From the human T2T-CHM13v2.0 reference genome, Homo sapiens, in the NCBI RefSeq assembly GCF_009914755.1, contig NC_060935.1: a DNA stretch of 64,000 bases; one strand, 5' to 3'. Made by a program: the position numbers and the translations under genes. Positions within the stretch are counted from its first letter, which is position 1. Each line of letters opens with the position of its first letter. A model generated the notes under the pieces. The model ran no database searches and had not been told where the DNA came from. It was given only the letters and a program-made list of their open reading frames with translations. Positions 1 to 16,010 of this stretch are shown here, piece after piece.

Positions 1-258
1 CCTCATTTTCTGTTTATCTGATGTTTCCTCATGATTAGATTCAGATTACACATTTTCAGTTGGAATATTGCATGGGTGGTAATATGTCCTTCATAAGGTA
101 TCACTTCTGGATGTTCATTTGTCCCTCATTGGTAATGTTAATTTTGGTCACCCGGTCAAGGTGTCGTCTGATTTTTCAACTCTAATTCTTTGTGTGTGTG
201 TACATGCATGCCCTTGCAACTAATAGTCTATAGGGAAACACTTTAAGACCATGCATGG

Positions 259-698
<440 letters not shown>

Positions 699-942
699 CT
701 CATTTGTGTTTAATAGGGAAAAAAAGAATATGTAATTATTGGAGAGCCATAAACTATAACTGATAACACTGGTTGCCCCAGGGGAAAGGAAATGGGTATT
801 TGGGGCACACAGTAGTACGGAGACTGTTCACTATATCCTCTTATATACTGTGCCTTTTGAATTGTGAATCATATGAATTTTTGTGTGTATCATGTGTATT
901 TTTAAAAATAACATTAAGGATACTTTTTACTTCTTATTTTTT

Positions 943-1049
943 AAGACTAGTCAAGTGTAGTAGTGAGAAGCGGGAAAGAGTTGAGCAAATTTGATCTGTA
1001 ACTGACTGTGAACACTAAATTGAGAAAACTCATTACCTTTGGATCAGCT
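943..1049 (-). pseudogene. Y1 RNA (RNY1) retropseudogene
   Basis: Reverse complement aligns end to end with hY1 (GGCUGGUCCGAAGGUAGUGAG...CUUGACUAGUCUU); T-rich tract 921-942 is a decayed poly(A) tail. Confidence 0.92.
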
Positions 1050-1537
1050 TAAGTTTATATTTCAAAAAAAACAGAGATGGCAACCAACCTTTAAACACAG
1101 GTATGCAGATGACAATTTCCCGAAGCAATGTGACACAGTGGGAAGAACTCAAGTTAGAGCTTCAGCTCAACTCTAGGTGGTTCTACCACTCATTAGTGAG
1201 CAAGCCACTTACTGTTTCTGAGCCTGTTTCCCCTTCCATAAAATGGAGATATTTCCACCTGCCTACTTCTGTGGGTTACTGCAATGATCAAATGAAATAA
1301 TGGATATAGAAGCTCTCTAAAAAAGTGTAAAGTACTTTATAATATATATTTAAATATAAAGTATTACAAAAATAGAGATGTCAAGAGAGGAATGTGGTTA
1401 TCAGTGAAAGATGATGAATTTAGGCCATTCTTATTTGAAGTAAAGAGACACAGATTTAGAATTCATCTCTCTAAATAGAGGTAATTATAAGTCACAAAAG
1501 TATAACAGATCTCTGAAGGATAAACATTCAACAAATA

Positions 1538-1901
<364 letters not shown>

Positions 1902-1934
1902 CTAAGCCTTTGCTACTCTGCATCACTTGTAGTG

Positions 1935-2043
1935 AAAATGCTGAGAATCTCAGGTCCCACCATAGACCTAGTCAATCAGAATTGTACTTCAACAAGATTC
2001 CCTAGGTAATTCATATAGACATTTTAAGTTTAAGAAGCACTGA
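1935..2043. mobile_element. MER5-family hAT MITE fragment within MIR
   Basis: aatcagaatt...caacaagattccctaggtaattcat...aagtttaagaagcactg. Confidence 0.6.
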
Positions 2044-2773
2044 TCTAGGCCATCTTCCTTATTTTTCAGATAATAAAACTGAGGCCCTAAGTAAAGGGAT
2101 TTACCCATGTTCACATTGTTAATAAGTAGCAAAATCAAGATTTGGACACAGGCTTGATCTCCTGGGCTGGGTACACCATGTATTCGCTTCCCAGACACCC
2201 TGTTTCAAAACCTTTGAGACATCTTTGCATTTCAAACTTCCCATGTTCTCACCCCCATTTCTTATTGGCCATCTAGATCCATCAATTCTTTCTTCACAAT
2301 TTCTTTGGCATACGCTGCTTCTTTTCCACCCACTTCATTCACTGCCCTAAAGCTACTGTTCATACCACGAAAAAGCAGCTTCCCTCTCCTGTGCATGTAT
2401 CAACTTCCTCTTCTGCAAACAAGAGTGCACTTTCAAATAGTAAGCTCTATATAATTCCTTAAGAAGGTGCAAGTCATTAAAAAGCATTAAACTTTAACAT
2501 GCTAACTTCAGGCAGAATTTGTATTTGAAACCCACCAAGATTAGCAGCTATAACTGTAATTCTAACTCAAAATCTTCATGTCTTCACTTCCATTATTTCT
2601 TTCCTATTACCTCCTTTTCTTTGCCCTAGAACTAGCTTTTATGTAACAAGGCCCTCCCATTCTAATCAAGCTTTTCTAAAATATAGTTCATCATCCCTCA
2701 GTATCCTCAGGTGATTCACTCCAGGAACAGCCACCACCCTAATCCCCCACCACCACAGATAAAAAAATCTGCT

Positions 2774-3074
2774 GGCCAGGAGCGGTGGCTCACGCCTGTA
2801 ATCCCAGCACTTTGGGAGGCCAAGGTGGGTGGATCCTGAGGTCAGGAGATCAAGACCATCCTGGCTAACAGGGTGAAACCCCATCCACTAAAAATACAAA
2901 AAATTAGCCGAGCGTGGTGGCAGGCACCTGTAGTCCCAGCTACTCAGGAGGCTGAGGCAGGAGAATCGTGTGACCTCGGGAGTCAGAGCTTGCAGTGAGC
3001 TGAGATCACGCCACTGCACTCCGGCCTGGGCGACAGAGTGAGACTCTGTCTCAAAAAAAAAAAAAAAAAAAAAA
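2774..3074 (+). mobile_element. AluY-like inserted in MER2
   Basis: ctggctaac and gagcttgcag diagnostics; TSD aaaa(a/g)tctgc. Confidence 0.9.
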
Positions 3075-3272
3075 GTCTGCAGATGCTCAAGTCCCTGATA
3101 TAAAATGGCATAGTATGCATATAACCCATGCAACATCTTCCTGTAGACTTTAAATCATCTCTAGATTACTTATAATATCTAATGCAAGGTAAATGCTATG
3201 TAAATAGTTGTTACGCTGTATTGAGTTTTTTTGTACTTTTTAAAAATTGTTTTGTTTTGGTTTGTTTTTTTC

Positions 3273-3371
3273 AGGCTAGTCAAGTGAGGAACTGGGAGTG
3301 GAGAAGGAACAAAGAAATCTCTAACTGGTTCTGATCAACTAGTTGTGAACACAACTGCATTTGGACTAGCC
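3273..3371 (-). pseudogene. Y3 RNA (RNY3) retropseudogene inserted in MER2
   Basis: About 11 mismatches in 99 nt to hY3 by eye; T-rich tail ~3233-3271; TSD TATTGAG(T/A)TTTT at ~3219 and 3372. Confidence 0.93.
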
Positions 3372-3589
3372 TATTGAGATTTTTTTTTTCTGAATATTTT
3401 CTATCTGTAATTGGTTGAATCCAGAATCCTCAGATGCAGAGGGCCTGCTGTAGATTCAAAGTATCATCTTCTGAATTTATAGCTCTTACCATCTACATTC
3501 TCATGCCTTTATAATTCTCTCCTATATATTCCATTCTAAGAAACCAAATTATTTCAGCATTTCTTGAATACCTATTAAAAAGTTTTAAA

Positions 3590-3745
3590 AAATTAGGCAG
3601 GCATGGTGGCATTGGCCTGGAGTCCTAGTTACTTTGGAGGCTGAAGCAGGAGGGTTGCTTGAGCCTGAGAGTTTGAGGCTGCAGTGGGCTGTGATTGTGC
3701 CACCACTCGCCAGCCTGGGTGATAGAGTGAGACCTTGTCTCTACA
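3590..3745 (+). mobile_element. FRAM / Alu right monomer
   Basis: ggaggctgaagcaggagggttgcttgagcc...gagaccttgtctc. Confidence 0.75.
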
Positions 3746-3949
3746 TACCACCACCGCTGCAATCCAAGAAAAGCCACAAATGCTAAACACACTGACTGTA
3801 TAAACTGTACTTAAAAAAAAACCCTACAAACTAATAGTAGATCTTGGAAATTATTCCATATCAGTGATCAAAGAGCTGCCATGTTATGTATTCTTTATGG
3901 TCACATAGCATTTCACTGTAGGATATATCATAATTTAGTCCCCTATTGA

Positions 3950-4750
<801 letters not shown>

Positions 4751-5520
4751 GTGTTATCAGATTTTTTGGTCTGTGCCAATTTTAGTGTAGTTTTAACTTG
4801 CATTTCTCTTATGAGTGAGATTGAGAATCTTTTCATGTTTAAGAGCTATTTGTGTTTATTTTTCTGTGAATTATCTGTTAATGTTCTTTGCCATTTTTTT
4901 CTGTTGGGTTGTTGGACTTTTGATTTCTAGGAATTCTTTATGTTTTAGTGAAATTGTCTTTTTTATATTAATTAAAATTTTTTCTTAGGTTTTTTCCTTT
5001 GACTCTGCATAAGGTAGTTTTTGCCATGCCTAATTTTAAAGTGTTTTATGTAGTAATTTTTTTCTTTTATAGCTTCTGAATATCATTTTTAGACCTTTGT
5101 GTTTATAAAATAATTGTTCATGGTTTCTTTGGGTACTTTCTGCTTTATGTACATTAAATATTTTTAAGCCTTCTGGAATTTAATGTAAGGCATAGGATGT
5201 GTGTGTGTGTGTATTTTTGATGGCTACCCTATTGCCCTAACACCTTTATTGATTAGTTCTCTTTTCCCTAGAGGTTATCTTTGACTTGTTTGTCTCTTTT
5301 TTCAATTTTCTCTTCATCCCTAACCACATCCATTATCTAATTAGTTATCCCAGTAAGCTCAGTTTTTCTTTAGGCTCCTATATGTTCTTATATTTTCTTT
5401 CTGTTCCTATTGATAATACTTTAAACCATTTTTATTGTGGAAATTTCAATGTCTATTGAAATGTATATTTTATATATGAATATATTCATCAGTATATCAA
5501 TGTATATTGAAATGCAAGTA

Positions 5521-5606
5521 GTGTATGTGTGTGTGTTTTTGTGTGTGTGTGTATATATATATATACACACCCCCACACATATATATATAGAGAGAGAGAG
5601 AGAGAG
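5521..5606. repeat. Compound dinucleotide microsatellite (TG)n(TA)n(CA)n(TA)n(GA)n
   Basis: Direct reading. Confidence 0.9.
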
Positions 5607-7008
5607 AAAGAGATTGAGAGAGGAATATAATGAACTCCCAGGTACCTGTTACCCCACTTCAATAACTATTAACTCATGTTGGATCTTGTTTGATCTATAT
5701 GCCTACCTCCTTGTCCTCCTTTCCTCCCTCCAATTATTTTGAAGCAAATCACAGGCATGCTATTACTCAACATCTGGACCTCTGTCAGCTATTTTCTGTC
5801 TTCAATTTTTATCTTCTGTAGGTCATCCTGGGTAACTGTGTGTTTCTTCATTGGTCTTATATTTCTTTTTTTTTAAATTTTGATCTTATGTTTCTAAATG
5901 CTGAAATTTACCTGAAAATTTACCAGAAATTTGCCCTTTTCATGTGTACAAACTCTAGTTCTTTAGTAAGATCATATACTCTGAAATTAGGTAGTAATTC
6001 CTAATAATAGTCTGTAAAGGCAATACTAAGCTAGAATAGAAGAAAGAAGGAAATGAGGGGTGGGGGAAAGAGACACTTACAGAGGGCGGTAGCGGATCTA
6101 CCTGTTTCTTAGAGTAACACTACCTGGCAGAAGAATGGGGCGGGGGAAGGCAAGTTTTGGGGCCTTTCACCAAGTTTGGGGGTAAATAGGGTAGAAATAA
6201 GAAACCCACAGCCAAAATGTATAAGAAATGTAGAAAGTTCAGAGTCGCAGTTTGTTTTTTCCTGTTGAGAAGCCTGTTTTATAATTTAGTGCTTAGTAAA
6301 TGACTGCATTAAATTCAGACTGATTTGAACTTGGTGGGAGAGCAGAGTTAATTTCAGAATAAAGGCTTTAGTTCCAAGGTTGTGTAATTTGTGCCAGAGA
6401 AAGCTCTCAATTAGCGACCAGAACTATGAAGTGTTTCATGAGAGATTAGGGTTGTTGGGTTGTTTGTTTAAATCTGTAACTTGGTTGGCACCATTTGCTT
6501 ATAGCCAGTAGCCCCAGGCACTAGTTTTAAAGCATTCTTGTGTTCTTTCAAAATTTTCATAGTGAGGCTTTCAGGTTGGATCAAAGGATTAGGAAAATAT
6601 AGGTGATTGAGAGTGCTATAATATAGAGAGCTCCTTTCTGTTTTTTGTTTTTTTGTTTTTAAACTGACTTGAATTTATCAAGCTTAAATTCTTAGTTCAG
6701 TAGTTGAGTATCTTTACCTTCTGTGGAAATGTGGAAAACCAGTTTCCCACAGGTTTATATTTGTTACCTCTCAAAAAGTTATAACAAAGTAACAGTAATA
6801 TAAATTTGCCCGAAATAATCTGGGCCTTAATTCTTGCCTGCCATTGAGCCTGGTCTCAGGCTGAGAGGAAATGTCTGACCTGAGAAAGAAATGGAACCAG
6901 GAGTTGAGAGTGGGAATGAAATAAGGTGTACAGGACAAGCTTGACTACATTTCCAAAGGCAAATACTATTTTAAGAAATTATCTCATAATATCTGTGTTT
7001 ATCTAAAT

Positions 7009-7161
7009 CAGGGGTCAGCAAACTGTGACTAACTGGCTGGTTTTTGTAACAACCAATAAGCTAAGAATGGTTATTATATTGTTAAAAGATTGTTAACTAA
7101 AAAAGAAGAGTATGTAGACAGACAGGGTGTGCACTGAAAAGCGTAAAAGATTTACTCCCTG
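7009..7161 (+). mobile_element. MER58-family hAT-Charlie MITE (internally deleted)
   Basis: CAGGGGTCAGCAAACT...CCCTG ends with 8-bp TSD ATCTAAAT/ATCTACAT. Confidence 0.75.
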
Positions 7162-7557
7162 ATCTACATTATTCAAGGTATATAGTAATATTTCTTTACG
7201 TAAACATTAAACATTTCTTGCTCTTTTGTTTGTTTTATATCATCATTTTCAATGACCTTTAAAAAAAAACTGGTAATATGGTTTTCCATTGCATTTTTAC
7301 ATTGTACCACAATGTAAGAGTGTTACTCAGTTTTTGCTTTTATAGCAATACTGGAATAAACATATTTGAACACAATTTTATGACTTGTGAAATGCTTGGT
7401 AAAATTTTATATGAACTTTAAAATTTGATAATTTTTTGCTAAATTGCCCTTGCTCCAAAGCAGACCAGTTTTATGTTTTCCCCACTTTGTTGTCCTTACC
7501 CGTGTCAACCCCAGTAGAGACTAAAATGGTTAGACTCTTTAATCAGATAGGTCCCTT

Positions 7558-8048
7558 TAATTATCTATTACTCCATAACAAACAAAACCTGAGTGGCTTA
7601 AAATAACATCATCATCATTAATTTTGCTCAGAAATCTGCAGTTTGGTCTGAGCTTGGTGGGAACAACTTGTCTCTGCTTATTATCTTGATGTCATTTCTG
7701 GAGGCTCCGAGCCTCAGGACATGGTCACTTACATGTCTGGCTGCCTGCTGGAATCTCAGCTGGGGCTGTGGAGAACACCTATGAAGCCCATGTGACTGGT
7801 TGGCTTCCTCACAGTATAGTCACTGGGTTCCAAGGAAGAATATCCCAAAAGGACCAGGTGGAAGCCATGTCACCTTTCATGATTTAGCCTCAGAAGTCAC
7901 ATAGCTTCATATCTGCCCACATTTAAGGGGGAGGAGACATAGACCTCACTTCTTAATGGATGACAGGGGTGGCAGCATTACACTGTAAGAGAGCATGTCA
8001 GATGGGATGTATTGGGGCAACCAAGTTTGGAAACTGCAGTCGGTCACA
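7558..8048 (-). mobile_element. MLT1 (G/H-like) MaLR LTR
   Basis: gtggcttaaaataac...ctcagctggggctg...gcctcagaagtcacatag...agacctcacttctt motifs; ends in CACA. Confidence 0.7.
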
Positions 8049-8068
8049 AGGTGGAATATTTATTTTGA

Positions 8069-8466
<398 letters not shown>

Positions 8467-9239
8467 GACCTGCCTTTTCATATCCTTTGCCCCTTTTTCG
8501 TTGGTCTCTAGGTTATTGATTATTGGTTACATTATTGATGTGTAATAACTCTTATAGATTAAGCAAATCAAACTCAAACTCGATTTAGAAGTTACTTCCT
8601 TGTGGCCCTGGGAGTTGTGAAAGTTGTGTGTGGGATGGTTTAGTTTGGTGATGGTGGGGATTTATGGAGTAATTATTTTAAGAACCATACTACTTTTGTT
8701 TTTTAAGCAAGTGATCCAGCAAGGGAGGGTGAATGGGAGCCATTTCCTTGTCTTTGGTTATCAGCCTCTCTGAATCACTCTCTAATGCTTGATGCAGAAC
8801 AAGATTAAGGGCACATCAGTTCTCTTTGGTCATTAATATACCTCAGAAGCCAGAGAATTTTAGATGCATGCAAGGGAAAGGTAAAATATTTCACTACTGA
8901 AAATGGCTTTGAGTTCTGTCAGTTCTGGTGTGTGATCTGACCGGGTTTTTTAAGACTTGCTTTCCGCTGTATTAAGGTTCAAAACTGTATCAACAAATAT
9001 AGATTGACCCTACAGAAATGATCATTTTCTAAAATACGGGTATGTTTAATAAAGTGAAACATTTCTTTTATCTTGCCACTAAGTTAGAATGTTACTCTTC
9101 ATCTACTAACCTGCCATGGGATAAATCCTTAATAAACCTTACAGTATAAGTTCTTTCCCTAGTTGTAATCTTTGACAGTTTTAAAGGGATGGGCTGATGT
9201 TTGTCATCATAGTACTCATTTTAAGTATAGTTTGATCCA

Positions 9240-9860
<621 letters not shown>

Positions 9861-9942
9861 ACAAGGCCATAAACAAAACAAACAAAAATATAAAAACAAA
9901 ATAAAAAAGTTGTTTGTATTCTACCGTTAAGTTTTAAAGCAG

Positions 9943-10250
9943 ATTTCTTTTTCTTTTTTTCTTTTTTTTTTGAGGCAGAGTCTCACTCTGTCGCCCAGGC
10001 TGGAGTGCAGTGGCACTATCTCGGCTCACTGCAAGTTCCGCCTCCTGGGTTCACGCCATTCTCCTGCCTCAGCCTCCCAGTAGCTGGGACTACAGGTGCC
10101 CGCCACCACGCCTGGCTAATTTTTTGTATTTTTAGTAGAGATGGGGTTTCACTGTGTTAGCCAGATGGTCTTGATCTCCTGACCTCGTGATCTGCCTGCC
10201 TCGGCCTCCCAAAATGCTGGGATTACAGGGGTGAGCCACCGTGCCCGGCC
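9943..10250 (-). mobile_element. AluY
   Basis: cacgccattctcc and gtgttagccag diagnostics; TSD taaagcag(a/c)tttct. Confidence 0.92.
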
Positions 10251-10394
10251 TAAAGCAGCTTTCTAAGAAAATTACTGGTATTAAGAAGAAAAACAGCTAT
10301 TCTGGGTTTTTTGGAAGCACTGGTTTACAGTCATACTAATGAGTATGATTGTGATACTAATATTTTTATTTTTTTACTAAAGCAGATGTTTCTC

Positions 10395-10692
10395 TTTTCT
10401 TTTCTTTTTTTTTTTTGAGACAAGGCCTCACTGTGTTGCCCAGTCTGGAGTACAGTGGTGCCATCATGGCTCACTGCAGCCTTGGCTCATTTGGGCTCGG
10501 GTGATTCTTGCACCTCAGCCTCCTGGGTAGCTGGAACTACATTCATGTGCCACCATGCCCAACTAATTTTTGTGGAGATGGAGTTTTGCCATGTTGCCCA
10601 GGCTGGTCTTAAAACTCCTGGGCTCAAGCGATGTGCCCTCCTTGGCCTCCCAAAGTGCTGGGATTGCAGGTGTAAACCATCATGACCAGCCA
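10395..10692 (-). mobile_element. AluJ
   Basis: Diverged dimer. Confidence 0.85.
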
Positions 10693-11120
10693 GATGTTTC
10701 AAATTTACTATGCATACCACTTAAGTCTTGCGTTAGAATTTGTATTTGAAAGATTTATAAAAAGTTAAGGAATTTAGGGTCATATTGCTCTTTTGCCCAC
10801 TCCCAACATTTCAGGTAGTTGAATTGTGCCCTATAATCTGTCTGTCTCCCAGATGAAAGCTGAATAGGTTTTGATTTTGTATGTTAGTGAATGTTTTTAA
10901 CCTTTATATAAGGATGTGATAGGTAGTGTTTCAAATATTTTAAAGCCATGTTAATTTAAAAATTAAAATCCCCTATTCAGCTCTGGGGATGGATATTACT
11001 AGAGCACAACTCAGCCACCTGAAGCTACCACTGTAGTATAATGCACAAAGAGCATTTTATAACTGTGAAAGTATAAAGTAGAGCATTTGAGGAAGTTTCT
11101 GGAGATTGCTTGACCACATG

Positions 11121-11599
11121 ACTATTCACAATAGCAAAGACATGGAATCAACCTAGATGCCCATCAATGGTGGACTGGTTAAAGAAAATGTGATACATAT
11201 ACACCATGGAATACTACACAGCCAGAAAAAAGAATGAGATCATGGCCTTTGCAGCAACATGGTTGGAGCTGGATTCTATTATCCTAAGTGAATTAATGCA
11301 GGAGCAGAAAACCAAAAACTTCATGTTCTCCCTTATAAGTAGGAGCAGAAAACCAAAAACCTCATGTTCTCCTTTATAAGTACACATGGACACAAAGAAG
11401 GGAACAGTAGATACTGGGGCCTATTTGAGGGGTGGAGCATGGGAAGAGGGTGAGGATTTAAAAACTAGCTATTGGGCATTATGCTGATTACCTGGGTGAG
11501 AAAATTATCTGTACCCCAAACCCTGAGACATGCAGTTTACCCATATAACAAAACCTGTATATGTACCTCTTGAGCCTAAAGGTTGCCCAAAAAAAAAAA
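11121..11599 (+). mobile_element. L1 (old L1PA/L1PB) 3' end with poly(A)
   Basis: ctattcacaatagcaaagacatggaatcaacctagatgcccatcaatgg...; A tail 11588-11599. Confidence 0.88.
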
Positions 11600-12107
11600 G
11601 TTAGCAGATCTTAGGAAGTTATGTCACAGACATGAAAGAAAAAGAAAACTGCATAGAATGTTATCTTAAAGAGTGATTCCAAAGTTTGTGTAAATTTTAA
11701 TTTTTTTGTGTAAATTTACATTTTAATTACTCCGAATGTTTTTACTTTCCTGAGATATTTGAACCGATTTAGATCATAAAAATGTTTGGCTTAAATATCT
11801 GTAGCTGGACCATTAATTCTAAACAGACCAGTAATTCTGTTTAGAAAAGATCAAAGCATTGATATTTATGCTAGATGGTGCCTCTAGGATGTGAAGTACC
11901 ACTAGACCTTATACTCGAGAGCAGTTGAAGGATGAGCCTTGAGGATTTCCAATAGGCTAAAAGTGTTATTAAGACTTACCGCGTTTCAGTCATTAGACAA
12001 GTTCTTAGATGTGAAGTGCGCTGTGTTCTCCATCTGGTGGGTGGGCATCAGAATCAGGTAAGGGTTTCAGACCACTCAGAACCATTGCAAAGCCTAAGAA
12101 AAACCAA

Positions 12108-12552
12108 GTTTTAAATTTTAATTAAGTCCCATTTATCAGTTTCATCTTTTATGAATTATGCCTTTGGTGTTGTATCTAGAAAGTCCTCACAAACCCAAGA
12201 TCACCAAAATTTTTTCCTATGTTATCTTCTAGGACTTTTATAGTTTTGCATTTTCACTGAGGTCTCCGATTCATTTTAAGTTAATTTTTGTGAAAAGTAT
12301 AAATCTGTGTCTACATTCATTTTTTTTTTTTTGCATGTGAATGTCCACTTTCAGCACCATTTGTTGAAAAGACTTGGCTGTTGTCTTTGAATTGTGTTTG
12401 AGCCTTTATCAAAGAATAGTTGACTGTATTTGTGTAAGTGTATTTCTAGGCTCTCTATTCTGTTCTCGTCTGTTTGTCTCTTCTTTTGCCAATACCATCC
12501 TGCCTTGATTACTGTAGCTTTATAGTAATGTCAGTTCTCTGACTTTGTTCTT
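12108..12552 (-). mobile_element. L1M (MA/MB) ORF2 fragment, antisense
   Basis: tttggtgttgtatctagaaag...cagcaccatttgttgaaaagac...cttgattactgtagctttatagta. Confidence 0.8.
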
Positions 12553-12555
12553 TCA

Positions 12556-13297
<742 letters not shown>

Positions 13298-13387
13298 CTG
13301 GAATGAACGTTATTAAAAAAGAAGGCCAGACCTAGGGCACAAGAGGGTTTACATGTACACTTACTGCCTTTTACCAAGATTGCATCA

Positions 13388-13937
<550 letters not shown>

Positions 13938-14622
13938 GTTTCTTTCCTTTGTCCATTCCAGTTGCTGGAAGTATCTTGGATTTTAATTAATTATGGTATA
14001 ATGAGAATACTTACCCTAATGCTTTTGAAATAAGTAAAATAAAGGAAAAGGGCAAAAAGTCATACAGCCCACAGTCAGTGCTTTAATTATAGTTGGTCAG
14101 TTTATGGAGTTTGTTTTTTGTAAACCTTTTTATAAAATGGTCTGAATGTGGTTTGTTCTGTTTATTCGCATTAATGGATTACACTGGTAATCACCCAGAT
14201 GAAAATCATAGAGTTTAGAATCAGAAGGTATCTTGGAGGTGGTCGTGCTAATTTCCCACAGTTGCTACATAATGCAGAGATCTCTTTGATAATAATATCC
14301 ATGCATCTATTATAGATTCGATCTCCGTCCAAGCCCTGCACACTGCTTTGTAAGGCAGTCAATTCCATGGTAATTGCATGTGTCATAAAGTTATTCTTTT
14401 GAGTTGAAGAATTGGTTATTTCCTTGTGTTCTGTAGTAATAAAGGAGTATGAAGACAAATTATATCTTTTAGGTATATGTAGTATTTAGATGGAGATACA
14501 TATCCACGTATATAGGATGTAATCCTTGGCTTTCTTTCTGCATTCTTTCCTTCTTTTGAGATATCTCCTGTCATTTATTATTTTCTTTGTTTTATATTTG
14601 GTTACTTAGAAATGTAAGACTA

Positions 14623-15254
<632 letters not shown>

Positions 15255-15514
15255 TTAACCTTGTAGGGTTGTTATGAGAATTAAATGTTCACATGTATGA
15301 AGCACATATTTAGCACAGTACATGACACAAGGTAAACATTTAATAAATGCTGACAGTACAGTGATGGTTGTGGTTTCTATCAAGCCTTTTAATGCTAGAT
15401 TAATAGGGAAGATAACGGTAAACAATTAACTATAATAAAGGCCGAACAAAATAAGTGCTATAGTAGAGATAGAAGCAAAGTTCTTACTTGTCCTAATAAG
15501 GGAGCAACTAATTT

Positions 15515-16010
15515 TGTTACTGGTAGCGGGTCTTGACTGAAAGTTCTCCAGGTTCTAGGTGTTTTGAACAAAGAATTGGACAAAATTAACAGCAAAGCAA
15601 GCAAAGAGTGAAGCAATGAAAGCAGAGATTTATTGAGAATGAAAGTACATTCAGCAAGGTGGGAGTGGGCCTTGCAGCCCCTGGAGAGCCCCCTTACAGA
15701 ATCTTCTAGGACCCACATACCCCCAGAGGTTTCCCATTGGCCACTTGGTGTTCACACCATGCAAATGAAGTGGTGGCCTGCAATCAGTCTGATTGGTTGC
15801 AGAAAGCAGCCAATCAGAGGCTGAAGTTACAAAGTTACACTCCTATGCAAGCATCTGATTGGTTATGGAAAGCACCCAGCCAGAATGGGGAGTTTGCAAA
15901 GGGTGTAGCCTTTGGTCCTTTTGTTATTTAGGCATGGAAAGTTGGGGTTTTCCTTTAGATTTAGTTCTAGGGTTGCCTTAGGTCCCTGGAGACCCTATTC
16001 TCCTGCCTCA
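15515..16010 (-). mobile_element. MER51-family ERV1 solo LTR
   Basis: TG...CA termini; minus-strand start TGAGGCAGGAGAATAGGGTCT; 4-bp TSD ATTT at 15511-15514 and 16011-16014; AATAAA (minus) at 15629-15634. Confidence 0.88.

Larger units (their letters stand above)
2684..3450 (+). mobile_element. MER2 (TcMar-Tigger) DNA transposon, interrupted by an AluY and the Y3 pseudogene
   Basis: gatgctcaagtccctgatataaaatggc...tttaaatcatctctagattactt core; degenerate TIRs flanked by TA. Confidence 0.85.

Noticed and set aside
6118-6132. U1-like ctacctggcag (also gtacctgccaggggag at ~33852)
   Set aside because: Match is too short and does not extend into U1 snRNA
11990-12063. Good donor CAG|gtaagg at 12058 with a nearby CTCF-like CCACCAGATGGAG
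   Set aside because: Upstream acceptor has only a short pyrimidine tract, and the motif deviates at key positions; insufficient alone
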